Shown in pieces: positions 9,941-19,210 of a stretch of 64,000 bases of DNA; within the stretch, counting starts at the first letter, position 1; every line of letters starts with the position of its first letter. The notes under the pieces were generated by a model. That model saw only the letters and a program-made list of their open reading frames with translations. It made no database searches and was not told the origin of the DNA. The position numbers were made by a program, and so were the translations under genes. The stretch is from assembly GCA_965216565.1 (NCBI GenBank), contig OZ244170.1, forward strand, positions 3,712,001 through 3,776,000, given 5' to 3'. Source of the DNA: Bythopirellula sp. (GTDB lineage Bacteria > Planctomycetota > Planctomycetia > Pirellulales > Lacipirellulaceae).

Positions 9941-11245
9941 ATGCTGGTTGTCAGGAATCATTGTCTCGCGTGGCTAGCGTCTTCGGTTGGCTTGCTGCTA
10001 GCTCAATTCGCGGTAGCCCAAAACATCGTTCCGACAAGCGCCACAACCCCGGCAACCTCTGACTCCAAGTCCGCCGAAGTCGAGAAAATCCGCCGCATCG
10101 TGGTTGGCTTAGGAGCGGAAGCGGCGACGCCGGCACGGCTGATCCAGCTGACACGCAATTTGGCACCCGAGGTCGCCTGTCAGGCGTATTTGCTTGTCGC
10201 GGATGACTTTCTGCGGGAGGGACAAGTCGATTTAGCGGCACAAATTCTCGAGTATCAATTAGAACACCACGCCAAACAGCCAGCCGCCGAGCAAGCCGCC
10301 CTGCAACTGGTGCAAATCTATTCCAGCGGCGAATTAGCACACACACAGCGCAGTAAAAAGAATCTCAAAGGAGGCCTGTCGCTCCCTCCCGGATGGCAAA
10401 GGCAACAGTCATCCAATCAGCAGCCGGTTGGCAATCAGTCGCATTCGAATCACAATCTGCTCACCTACGCCTCTTATGCAGCGAATCGCCAACTACAACA
10501 GTTGCCGCAACTGGCTAAGGATTCTGCCTTTGCATTTCAGTGCGCTGCCACGGCCCGACGGGGAGGCCGATCTTCGGAAGCCAAATCTTGGCTCACTTTA
10601 GTCAAACACAAACGCGATTTTCCTCAGTGGCGCAAGCGAGCCCGCGCCGAGGCCTGGCTACAAGACCAGCGTGAGGGCCAGCCCCCGCTGCCAACAATCT
10701 CTTGTCCTCAAGCCAGTAAGCCACCTCGTTTAGACGGCATCTTGAACGAACCACTCTGGGAAACCGCAGGCCGATTGAACACCGGCGACGACCAAGCTCA
10801 TCAAGAATCCGAAGTGCGAGTTTCATTCGACAAAAAATACCTCTATCTGGCTGGGCGATCGAAGAAGATCGAAAATCAAATCTACCGCAATGATGCGAAG
10901 CCGCGGACGTACGATGCGGACCTTTCCCAACACGATCGATTGCAGATCTCCCTCGACATCGATCGCGATTATGCCACTTGTTATCAGTTCACAGTCGACC
11001 ATCGAGGCTGGACGAACGATGCCTGTTGGCTGGACACCAGTTGGAACCCCGAGTGGTTTGTGGCGGCGGGCGGTGCCAAACTTTGGACTTTCGAAGCGGC
11101 GATCCCCTGGAGCGAGCTCACGCCCCAGCCTCCCCAAGCGGGTGGAGTTTGGGCGATTGCCGCCCAACGACTGATCCCGTCGGGAAAAAGGCTACTGGAA
11201 GAATCAGATTCTAGCGGCGAATTTAACCTCTTACTTTTCGAGTGA
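9941..11245 (+). CDS. Exported hypothetical protein with C-terminal CBM9/DOMON-like sugar-binding domain
   Basis: Signal peptide; helical N-half; PPRLDGILNEPLW, DKKYLYL and WTFEAAIPW motifs. Confidence 0.6.
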   Translation: MLVVRNHCLAWLASSVGLLLAQFAVAQNIVPTSATTPATSDSKSAEVEKIRRIVVGLGAEAATPARLIQLTRNLAPEVACQAYLLVADDFLREGQVDLAAQILEYQLEHHAKQPAAEQAALQLVQIYSSGELAHTQRSKKNLKGGLSLPPGWQRQQSSNQQPVGNQSHSNHNLLTYASYAANRQLQQLPQLAKDSAFAFQCAATARRGGRSSEAKSWLTLVKHKRDFPQWRKRARAEAWLQDQREGQPPLPTISCPQASKPPRLDGILNEPLWETAGRLNTGDDQAHQESEVRVSFDKKYLYLAGRSKKIENQIYRNDAKPRTYDADLSQHDRLQISLDIDRDYATCYQFTVDHRGWTNDACWLDTSWNPEWFVAAGGAKLWTFEAAIPWSELTPQPPQAGGVWAIAAQRLIPSGKRLLEESDSSGEFNLLLFE

Positions 11246-11291
11246 ATTGCCCCCCTGCCCCCTGCCCCCTCCATCCTGTATCCTCCCACTT

Positions 11292-12299
11292 ATGGCATGG
11301 ATGATCGGCATCGACGAGGCGGGGTACGGACCAAATCTGGGTCCGTTGACGGTTAGTGCCACCGTTTGGAAAGTGGAAAGCGAAGCGCGGAAAGCGGATC
11401 GCGTTTCAGATCAAAGCCAAGCGGTTGCCACGTCCGTTGAAAATAACGTCGACCTCTATGCTCGACTGGCTGCCCTTGTTTCTCCCACGGTTCAAAAAAA
11501 CCGGCTGGCCATTGCCGATTCTAAAGCACTCTACAAACCGAAGGGTGGCTTGCAGAATCTAGAACGCGGCGTCCTCGCGGCGCTTGCTGTCTCGCGTGGT
11601 AAACTGCCGACCCGATGGCAAGATCTAATCGAACCCCCTCCCCAGCTTCCCTGGTATGGCGACTTCGATTGCTGCCTTCCCATCGATGCGACGAGTGAAG
11701 AACTGCAGGAGCTTGCCGCGAAATTCTCCGCCGTTTGCGACTCAGCAGACGTCGAACTTACCGATGTCCGCACCCGACTCGTGTTCCCTCGCGAATTCAA
11801 CGAGCTCACAGAACAATACGGGACGAAGGGTGCCGCGCTCTCGCACGTCACCATCGGCCTTTTGCGTCAGACCATCGATTCCCTGCCCCCCGGCCCCCGG
11901 ATCCCGACCTCCACTCACCATTACATCTCCTGCGACAAACATGGCGGCCGCAATCGCTATGCCGCGCTGCTGCAACATCACTTTTCCGAGCACTGGATTG
12001 AGACACACGAAGAGAGCACGCCAATTAGCCGGTACAGTTGGAGCACTGAGGATTCTGAATTTCACATTTCGTTCCAGGCCCGCGGCGAATCGCAACTCCC
12101 CACGGCCCTGGCTTCGATGACAGCCAAGTACCATCGCGAACTGGCGATGCGCGCGTTCAATGCCTATTGGTGCCAGCTCGTTCCAAACTTGAAACCAACG
12201 GCCGGCTATCCAGTCGATGCCAAACGCTTCAAGCAGGCCATTGCGAGCAAACAAATCGAATTGGGCATTGAGGATGCCGACCTCTGGCGGTATCGGTAG
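11292..12299 (+). CDS. Divergent ribonuclease HII-like protein
   Basis: IGIDEAGYGPNLGPL, IADSK, CDKHGG, ALASMTAKYHRE and AGYP motifs. Confidence 0.75.
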   Translation: MAWMIGIDEAGYGPNLGPLTVSATVWKVESEARKADRVSDQSQAVATSVENNVDLYARLAALVSPTVQKNRLAIADSKALYKPKGGLQNLERGVLAALAVSRGKLPTRWQDLIEPPPQLPWYGDFDCCLPIDATSEELQELAAKFSAVCDSADVELTDVRTRLVFPREFNELTEQYGTKGAALSHVTIGLLRQTIDSLPPGPRIPTSTHHYISCDKHGGRNRYAALLQHHFSEHWIETHEESTPISRYSWSTEDSEFHISFQARGESQLPTALASMTAKYHRELAMRAFNAYWCQLVPNLKPTAGYPVDAKRFKQAIASKQIELGIEDADLWRYR

Positions 12300-12380
12300 A
12301 ATCGTGGTTAGTTGTCAGTAGTCAGTTGTTAGTTGTTGCCTTTTGATTCTTAGGACTCTTAGTAGTACAGCGCAGGGTGA

Positions 12381-12569
12381 GCTTGAAATGGGGACTGGCT
12401 CGTGATGGCGAGAGTTTACTTCGAGATCATCAAGGTGTAGCCGCCATCAGGTGCCTGTCCCCATTTCAAGCGTGGTGGTCCGTCGAAAAAAAGGGACAGG
12501 CACGACGACACAGAACGAGCTGTGGGCTCAAACCGATTTTGAGCGTCGAGCCAGTCCCTATTTTTCGAC
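12381..12569. repeat. Pair of related palindromic elements (AAATGGGGAC...GTCCCCATTT family)
   Basis: 15-bp perfect IR 12381-12395/12457-12471; second IR 12482-12569 with related arms. Confidence 0.85.
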
Positions 12570-12630
12570 TCCGTGCGCTGTGTTGTAGAATCTGAAAACC
12601 CATACCAGCGAGAACTCAAAAGCACAAACC

Positions 12631-13119
12631 ATGTTCATCTACATCGCACGTCACGCCTGGGCTTATGAATTCGGTGATCCGCGTTGGCCCGACGATTCGC
12701 TACGAGAATTGGAGCCCGAGGGTGCCGATCGGTATATGCAAGTTGTACAGGCACTCGCAGAACGCAATTTTGCACCCGATCGAATCGTTACCAGCCCTTA
12801 CACACGTTGCCGACAAACTGCTGAAATCATCTCCCAATACTCGGCCAACTCTCCGGAAATCTTGGAGCTAGATGCCCTGCAGCCCGGCAGTCAATTCGAC
12901 GAACTTGTCGAGTGGTCCCGCAACGCCGGTGGAGAACAGCTCTGCTGGGTGGGCCACGCCCCCGACGTCGGCCTGATGACCGCCGCCCTCGTAGGCGATG
13001 GTCACGCGAATATCCGCTTCGCCAAAGGTGCCATCGCCGCCATCCGCTTTCACGACCAGCTCCGGCCCGGCGAAGGCGAACTCTATTGGCATGTCACGGC
13101 GAAATCGTTAGGAATATAA
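12631..13119 (+). CDS. sixA: SixA-like histidine phosphatase
   Basis: RHA, D..R.L, TSPYTRCRQTAE and VGHAP motifs. Confidence 0.8.
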   Translation: MFIYIARHAWAYEFGDPRWPDDSLRELEPEGADRYMQVVQALAERNFAPDRIVTSPYTRCRQTAEIISQYSANSPEILELDALQPGSQFDELVEWSRNAGGEQLCWVGHAPDVGLMTAALVGDGHANIRFAKGAIAAIRFHDQLRPGEGELYWHVTAKSLGI

Positions 13120-13149
13120 GGCGGACCGCAAACAAAGATTAAACGAGCT

Positions 13150-13225
13150 GGAGGAAACAGAGGGAGCAGAGAACGAAATAGACCTTGCTCGTGTCACTTA
13201 ATTCTCCGTGTCCTCTGTTTCCTCC
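13150..13225. repeat. Hairpin with 9-nt periodic arms
   Basis: GGAGGAAACAGAGGGAGCAGAGAA ... TTCTCCGTGTCCTCTGTTTCCTCC. Confidence 0.8.
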
Positions 13226-13253
13226 TGTTAAAAAAACAAGGAAGTAATCTCAC

Positions 13254-14876
13254 ATGGCCAAACATGGCAAATACGACTGCGTCATTATCGGCGGTGGTCA
13301 CAATGGGCTCGTCTGTGCTGCTTATCTCGCCAAGGCGGGACGAAAAGTTTGCGTGCTGGAACGCCGTCACGTGCTCGGTGGTTGTGCCACCACCGAAGAA
13401 CTCTGGCCCGGCTACAAAGTTTCGACCGCGGCCTACGTGATTAGCCTGTTTCAAACCGAGATCATCAAAGAGCTGCAGCTTAAGTCGCACGGTCTGCGGA
13501 TTTTGCCGCGCTCGCCCTCGTCGTTCACGCCGCTGCCCGATGGCCGCAGTCTGACGATGGGCCCCGACGAAGCGCTGAATCATCGCGAGATCAGCAAATT
13601 CAGTCCTCGCGATGCAGCCACGTATCCTCGCTACGAAGCGCTGCTGGAACGCATCGCAGCGGCGCTGGAGCCCACGCTCAGCCAAGCCGCGCCCGACCCC
13701 CTGCCCTTGCCTTCCGGCTGGCGCGACATCGGCATGGCCAAACGGCTCCGCGACGGGAAAAAGCTGTTCCAAATGCACAGTGCTCTCAAAGCGCTCGGTG
13801 CCGACTTGCCCGAGGCGGTGGAGATTCTCACCGGCGCCGCCCGACCGATTCTTGAGAGATGGTTTGAAAGCGAAGTGCTCAAAGCCACGCTCGCCACCGA
13901 TGCCATCATCGGCGCATTCACCTCAATCAGTTCGCCCGGCAGCGCTTACGTGTTGCTGCACCACGTGATGGGCGAAGCTGGGGGATCGCGCGGCGTGTGG
14001 GGCTATGTGCAAGGCGGCATGGGTGGGTTGGCCGATTCCATTGAATCAGTTTGCAAAGAGCTGGGCGTAGAAATCCGCCGCGAGGCCCCCGTCCATTCCA
14101 TCCACACCAGCAAACAGGGTGTGGTGGGCGTAGGCCTCGATGACGGTTCGCAGATCGAAGCCCGGGTGGTCGCCTCCAGTGTCGACGCGCATCTCACCTT
14201 CGAAAAATTCTTGCCGCCCGAGGTGTTGCCCGAGGAATTCCGCGCGGCAGTCTCTCGGATCGATTACTCTTCCGCCTCGGCCAAAGTGAATCTGGCCCTC
14301 GCCGAGCCGCCCAACTTCACCGCCCTGCCGTCCACCGGCGTCATGCCGCATCACCATGGCACGATGCACGTCGGCCCGACGCTCGACTATCTGGACCGTG
14401 CCTACGACGACGCCAAGTACGGACGACCCAGCGACGAGCCGGTGCTCGAGATGACGATGGCCACCAGCGTTGATGACACCATCGCCCCCAAGGGCAAGCA
14501 CTTGCTGTCGATCTTCGTCCAATACGCACCCTACCACTTGGCCGAGGGACATTGGGACGATCAAAAAGAGGCCTTTGGCGATCGCTGCGTGGAAATCCTC
14601 TCCCGCTATGCCCCCAACGTGCCGGATGCGATCGAACATCGGCAAGTCCTCAGCCCCTTGGACCTCGAGCGCACCTACGGCATCACCGGCGGCAACATCA
14701 TGCAGGGCGCGATGGGCCCGCACCAACTCTATTGCTTTCGCCCCGTCGCCGGCTGGGCCGACCACCGCACCCCGGTGCCCGGGCTCTATCTCTGTGGCGC
14801 CGCCAGCCATCCCGGCGGCGGCGTGATGGGCGCCTGTGGCCGCAACGCGGCAACGGAGATCTTGCGAGACCGGTGA
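13254..14876 (+). CDS. FAD-dependent oxidoreductase, phytoene dehydrogenase-like
   Basis: IIGGGHNGL Rossmann motif, LERRHVLGG, GGMG and LYLCGAASHPGGGVMGACG. Confidence 0.88.
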   Translation: MAKHGKYDCVIIGGGHNGLVCAAYLAKAGRKVCVLERRHVLGGCATTEELWPGYKVSTAAYVISLFQTEIIKELQLKSHGLRILPRSPSSFTPLPDGRSLTMGPDEALNHREISKFSPRDAATYPRYEALLERIAAALEPTLSQAAPDPLPLPSGWRDIGMAKRLRDGKKLFQMHSALKALGADLPEAVEILTGAARPILERWFESEVLKATLATDAIIGAFTSISSPGSAYVLLHHVMGEAGGSRGVWGYVQGGMGGLADSIESVCKELGVEIRREAPVHSIHTSKQGVVGVGLDDGSQIEARVVASSVDAHLTFEKFLPPEVLPEEFRAAVSRIDYSSASAKVNLALAEPPNFTALPSTGVMPHHHGTMHVGPTLDYLDRAYDDAKYGRPSDEPVLEMTMATSVDDTIAPKGKHLLSIFVQYAPYHLAEGHWDDQKEAFGDRCVEILSRYAPNVPDAIEHRQVLSPLDLERTYGITGGNIMQGAMGPHQLYCFRPVAGWADHRTPVPGLYLCGAASHPGGGVMGACGRNAATEILRDR

Positions 14877-14929
14877 TATGTGTGAGGGTAGATGTTAGAT
14901 TGTTGATGTGGGACAACATTCAAGCGAAC

Positions 14930-15015
14930 GTAGGGTGGCGCCGCCAGGCCCACCGTTTCGGTTGGTTTGTACCAGCACCAACGTTGTGCCGCGGTTTCGC
15001 TTGGGGACGTCCTGC
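14930..15015. repeat. GTAG-type REP-like element, direct-repeat partner of 16127-16205
   Basis: GTAGGGTGGCGCCGCCAGGCCCACCGTTT..TTGGTTTGTA..TGTGCCGC. Confidence 0.75.
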
Positions 15016-15019
15016 GAGC

Positions 15020-15838
15020 TTAATTCGCTGCCACGATCGCGCTGTCGGTGCGGCGGAAGACCACGTGGATCTCGTCCTCTCGCACGTCGAGCGCCTCGAT
15101 GCGAATCTTTGCATCGTCCGGCACGGTCGAAATCGTTAGTGTCGGCCTCTCGCCGCTGACGTCTAGCGCGATCCCCTCTGGCAAAACGGGATCGGTCTTC
15201 AGATATTGTTCAAGAATCGTTGCCGCCGGTAGCGGCAGCTTGCCCACAAGCACACGATGCAACTGGAACGTCAGATCAGTTTGCTGGCTCTTCGCCACGG
15301 CAAACTCGCACGACAGCACAACGTCGGTTGCTGGCGTTTCCAGCGTGATTGCGAAACGGATCATGTCGTCTGCCAGCGAAAGGTGCGGCCGCCGCAATTT
15401 TCCACCCGACTCGGAAAATTCCTGCTCCAGCCACGCATTAAGATGCCGTTCTGCCACGGTATAGGCGAATGTATCTTGGGTAACGTCCGGCGAACGGATC
15501 AACTTCTTTAAATCGCGTGCCACCTGCTGTTGGTCGCCATGAGGATTCTTGACGAGGACATCTAACTGTTCCGGCGGCATCTCCTGAAGACGCCGAAAGT
15601 CTTCCGCATCCAATTTCAAGAACAGACCTAACGAGTTGGTCATTCGTTCAAATTCTGCCGTGGCGGCTATCGAGTCGGCCTGGTTCACAGGCTGCTCCAG
15701 GGCCGCGGCATAGAAAGCGGGTGTGGAACTCGCCAACCAATAGCAGCAGGCCACCACGCCCAGAAGGCAGCAGAACATTAGCAGACAAATATGTACGCAG
15801 CGCCTAATCAGTTTGAAAATCATGAAGTCGACATCCAT
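15020..15838 (-). CDS. Hypothetical membrane-anchored protein
   Basis: Long ORF with one N-terminal Cys-rich hydrophobic helix; start uncertain. Confidence 0.65.
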   Translation of the reverse strand: MDVDFMIFKLIRRCVHICLLMFCCLLGVVACCYWLASSTPAFYAAALEQPVNQADSIAATAEFERMTNSLGLFLKLDAEDFRRLQEMPPEQLDVLVKNPHGDQQQVARDLKKLIRSPDVTQDTFAYTVAERHLNAWLEQEFSESGGKLRRPHLSLADDMIRFAITLETPATDVVLSCEFAVAKSQQTDLTFQLHRVLVGKLPLPAATILEQYLKTDPVLPEGIALDVSGERPTLTISTVPDDAKIRIEALDVREDEIHVVFRRTDSAIVAAN

Positions 15839-15994
15839 ATTGATAAATCGAATTGACAAACCTGCAGCATTCTTGAGCTTCTACAAACAGGCACGCCTTC
15901 CAGTAAAGTATAGGTCACGCCAGGGATATGGACGGCCGCTCCCATTTTGCACGGCTTTCGTAGCGCCCGACGTGTCGTCGTGGTTCAAGAAAGC

Positions 15995-16116
15995 GGGTAG
16001 CACCGGTTGGCCGCGAGACCTACCGGTGTGACGACAGTCACAAGAGGCCTCGGGAAAGACTCGAAACCTCCTGTCGCGGCGCGACCCAGGTAGGCTATCA
16101 CCAACCTGGGCTACCC
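15995..16116. repeat. REP doublet (REPIN-like) with GGGTAGC...GCTACCC ends
   Basis: Hairpins CACCGGT..ACCGGTG and CCCAGGT..ACCTGGG at the two ends, in inverted orientation. Confidence 0.75.
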
Positions 16117-16126
16117 CTAGGGTGTC

Positions 16127-16205
16127 GGGTGGCGCCGCGAGGCCCACCGTTTTGGTTTGTATCTGCACAATCGATGTGCCGCCGCTTCGCTTTGGCAAGC
16201 CCTAC
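16127..16205. repeat. GTAG-type REP-like element, partner of 14930-15015
   Basis: GGGTGGCGCCGCGAGGCCCACCGTTTTGGTTTGTA...GCCCTAC. Confidence 0.75.
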
Positions 16206-16394
16206 AGTTCTACCTTCGTGGCTAAAACTATCTCCGCGACTCTGCGTCTCTGCGAGAAAACCCCTCCCCCACACGATTCCCGACTCGCGGGCCCTAGAAC
16301 TACCCCGTGCGATGTGAGATGTTAGAATCAAGGTGTGGACCGAGTTCGAAAACGTCCACATCATCCTTCGAACATCAAACATCCCACATCCCCA

Positions 16395-16781
16395 ATGCCC
16401 TCCGAAGAAGAACTCTACCAAGAACACATCCTCGATCATTACGAAGATCCGTTCCATCGCGGCACGCTCGACGAGGCCAGCCATGCCCACGAAGATAAGA
16501 ATCCGCTGTGCGGCGACGTGGTGCGAATTGAGCTGAAGCTCGCGCCCGATGGCAAAATTGAGGACGCCTACTTCACCGGCGAAGGCTGCGTCATCAGCCA
16601 GGCGTCGGCTTCGATGCTGCTGGAAGAAATGCATGGTAAAACGGTCGACGAAGTGAAGGATTTCACCGCCGAAAAAATGCTGGAACTCTACGGCCCCCGC
16701 CTTACCCCCAACCGCCAAAAATGCTGCCTGCTCTCCTGGAAGGTCCTGCAGTCGGCGGTCCATGCACCATTAGAGAACTAA
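16395..16781 (+). CDS. sufU: SufU/IscU-type Fe-S assembly protein
   Basis: LYQEHILDHY, NPLCGD, GCVISQASAS and RQKCC motifs. Confidence 0.9.
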   Translation: MPSEEELYQEHILDHYEDPFHRGTLDEASHAHEDKNPLCGDVVRIELKLAPDGKIEDAYFTGEGCVISQASASMLLEEMHGKTVDEVKDFTAEKMLELYGPRLTPNRQKCCLLSWKVLQSAVHAPLEN

Positions 16782-16792
16782 AACTACAATAC

Positions 16793-16860
16793 TCTCGCAG
16801 AGACGCAAAGGCACAGAGAAACTGCAGATCGAATCTTTGCGGCTCTGCGTCTCTGCGAGA
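16793..16860. repeat. Hairpin with 8-nt periodic arms (CGCAGAGA / TCTCTGCG)
   Basis: TCTCGCAGAGACGCAAAGGCACAGAG ... CTTTGCGGCTCTGCGTCTCTGCGAGA; lone arm at 16231-16257. Confidence 0.8.
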
Positions 16861-16892
16861 ACTAACTTAGAATTAGTAGTTCGTTGAAATCG

Positions 16893-18185
16893 ATGAGCAC
16901 TATCGACCAATCACAAACCGAGCAATCCATGCTGCTCCCCGAAGCGTTGCGCGATGACTTTCCGATTCTCACTAGCGACATCCACCAGGGCCAGCCGCTG
17001 GTGTTTTTGGACAATGCCGCCAGCACTCAACGTCCGCGACAGGTGATCGACGCGATTAGCGGCGTTTACGAGCGCGACTATGCCAATGTCCATCGCGGCA
17101 TCCACACACTCAGCGAACGGAGCACCGAGCAATACGAGCAGGCTCGCGGTAAGGTTCAGCGATTTATCAACGCTGCGAACCCGCAGGAAATCATCTTCAC
17201 GCAGGGAACGACCGCGTCGATCAACTTGGTCGCCAGCAGTTGGGGTGGTAGCAATCTCCAGCCGGGTGACGAAATCCTCACGACGGTGATGGAACACCAT
17301 TCCAACTTGGTCCCCTGGCAGCAGGTGGCCGAGCGAACCGGTGCGGTGCTTCGGCATGCCACGCTCACAAGCGACGGCCAGCTCGACATGGAATCGTTCG
17401 ATGCACTGCTCACGGAGCGAACCAAGCTGGTCGCTGTCACTAGCCTGTCCAATACCTTGGGCACGGTGAATCCGATCCAACAAATCGTTGCCAAAGCGCA
17501 CGCTGCGGGTGCTTTGGTGCTGGTGGACGCCGCCCAAACGGTTCCGCACATGCCGGTGGATGTCCAGGCGTGGGATGCCGACTTTGTCGCGTTCAGCGGT
17601 CACAAGATGCTGGGCCCCTCGGGCGTAGGCATTCTGTATGGCAAAGAATCGCTGCTCGAGGCAATGCCGCCGTTCCTGGGCGGAGGCAGCATGATCAACG
17701 AAGTGAAGCTCGACAGCTTCACCCCCGCCGAGCTACCCGCTAAGTTCGAAGCCGGCACGCCGCCGATTGCGCCCGCCATTGCGATGTCCGCAGCCATCGA
17801 CTATCTCACGAACGTTGGCCTCGAAGCGATCCATGCCCACGAACAGCATTTGGTCGCACTGGCCTACGATGCTTTGAGTAAGATCGACGGCCTGAAGATT
17901 TTGGGCCCCGCGCCCGAGCATCGCTCGTCGCTGGTGAGTTTTTCGTTTGATCGCATCCATGCCCACGAATTCGCTCAGGTGCTGAACGATAGTTATGGCG
18001 TTGCCGTCCGTGCGGGTCACCATTGCACGCAACCGCTGCACAGTTTGCTGGGCATCACCGCCAGCACTCGGGCCAGTTTCTATCTATACAACACGCCTGC
18101 TGAAGTCGACCGACTGGTCGAAGGCATCGCGGCGGTGCAGAAGATGTTTGCTCCCAAGGGACGCAAACGACAACGGCGTAGCTAG
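16893..18185 (+). CDS. sufS: Cysteine desulfurase SufS
   Basis: LDNAAST, ANVHRG, MEHHSN, FSGHKM (PLP lysine) and RAGHHC motifs. Confidence 0.95.
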   Translation: MSTIDQSQTEQSMLLPEALRDDFPILTSDIHQGQPLVFLDNAASTQRPRQVIDAISGVYERDYANVHRGIHTLSERSTEQYEQARGKVQRFINAANPQEIIFTQGTTASINLVASSWGGSNLQPGDEILTTVMEHHSNLVPWQQVAERTGAVLRHATLTSDGQLDMESFDALLTERTKLVAVTSLSNTLGTVNPIQQIVAKAHAAGALVLVDAAQTVPHMPVDVQAWDADFVAFSGHKMLGPSGVGILYGKESLLEAMPPFLGGGSMINEVKLDSFTPAELPAKFEAGTPPIAPAIAMSAAIDYLTNVGLEAIHAHEQHLVALAYDALSKIDGLKILGPAPEHRSSLVSFSFDRIHAHEFAQVLNDSYGVAVRAGHHCTQPLHSLLGITASTRASFYLYNTPAEVDRLVEGIAAVQKMFAPKGRKRQRRS

Positions 18186-18298
18186 AAATCCTTTCTTTGG
18201 ATAGATTCTCGAATCTTTGCTATATTGAAGTGGCGATCAGTTCTGGGGCCTCGGAACACCCCCTGATCTCTCCCCACAGCGAAGGAATCGACTTCCCG

Positions 18299-19210
18299 AT
18301 GCGCAGTTTCTCCATGCCCGTCCGTTCTCGATGTCGCTGGTACGACTCGGCATTCACGCTCGTCGAGTTGTTGGTTGTGATCAGCATCATCGGCGTCCTG
18401 GTAGCTCTGCTGTTACCAAGTATTCAAGCATCGCGCGAGTCGGCCCGCCGCACTGCCTGCTCCAACAACCTCCGACAGATGGCCTTGGCGGTGGAAAATT
18501 ATCATACCTCCAAACAGGTTTTTCCTCCCAGCAGTACGCACGATGTCACTACGAATTGGGATTTGCTAGAGCAGCATAGCTGGTCCAGCTTGGTGCTCCC
18601 CTACTTGGAACAAGACTCGTTGAATCAGTCGATCGACTACGAGCAAGAGCTAACCTCCCCAGAGAATATCACCGCTGCCACGACCATCGTTTCTATTTAT
18701 CGTTGCCCTTCTTATACCGGGGATGAGTACAGCACCAAGGAAGAGTACGCCAGCGTCGGCGACTTCGCCATCGGCAACTATGCCTCGATCGGCGCGAGCA
18801 CGGTTGGACACATTTGGGGAGAAACCTTGAAACCAGACGGCGTCATTTTCCCGCTGGCAGAAATACGTGCCCAGGACGTCACCGACGGTTTGACACACAC
18901 AGTTTTTCTTTGCGAAACGCGTGAAGAAGGGTTTCGCGTTTGGATGGATGGCCTGACGGCTGGGCTAACATCACTGCGTTTTAGACAGGGGGGCCCACGC
19001 TACGCAGGACCGGAGATTTCCTTAAACTATAAGCCTTACTACCCAGTAACACCGCACTTAGACTATGGCCCATCGAGTATGCACGCCGGGGGAGCGTTTC
19101 ATTCCTTAGGCGATGGCTCGGTTCGTTTCATTGCCGACGACATCGAACCCGAAAATTATATCGCCTATTGCACTCGAGCCGGTAGCGAAGTCTTCGATCA
19201 TGGCCTTTAG
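18299..19210 (+). CDS. DUF1559 prepilin-type N-terminal cleavage/methylation protein
   Basis: AFTLVELLVVISIIGVLVALLLP, C.NNLRQ, DG.THT and H.GG....GDGSVRF. Confidence 0.92.
   Translation: MRSFSMPVRSRCRWYDSAFTLVELLVVISIIGVLVALLLPSIQASRESARRTACSNNLRQMALAVENYHTSKQVFPPSSTHDVTTNWDLLEQHSWSSLVLPYLEQDSLNQSIDYEQELTSPENITAATTIVSIYRCPSYTGDEYSTKEEYASVGDFAIGNYASIGASTVGHIWGETLKPDGVIFPLAEIRAQDVTDGLTHTVFLCETREEGFRVWMDGLTAGLTSLRFRQGGPRYAGPEISLNYKPYYPVTPHLDYGPSSMHAGGAFHSLGDGSVRFIADDIEPENYIAYCTRAGSEVFDHGL

Noticed and set aside
15900..16130. Structured region as a riboswitch or ncRNA; GGTCACGCCAGGG superficially recalls a c-di-GMP-I 5' end
   Set aside because: The rest of the aptamer pattern is absent, and the hairpins are explained by a GTAG-type REP doublet.
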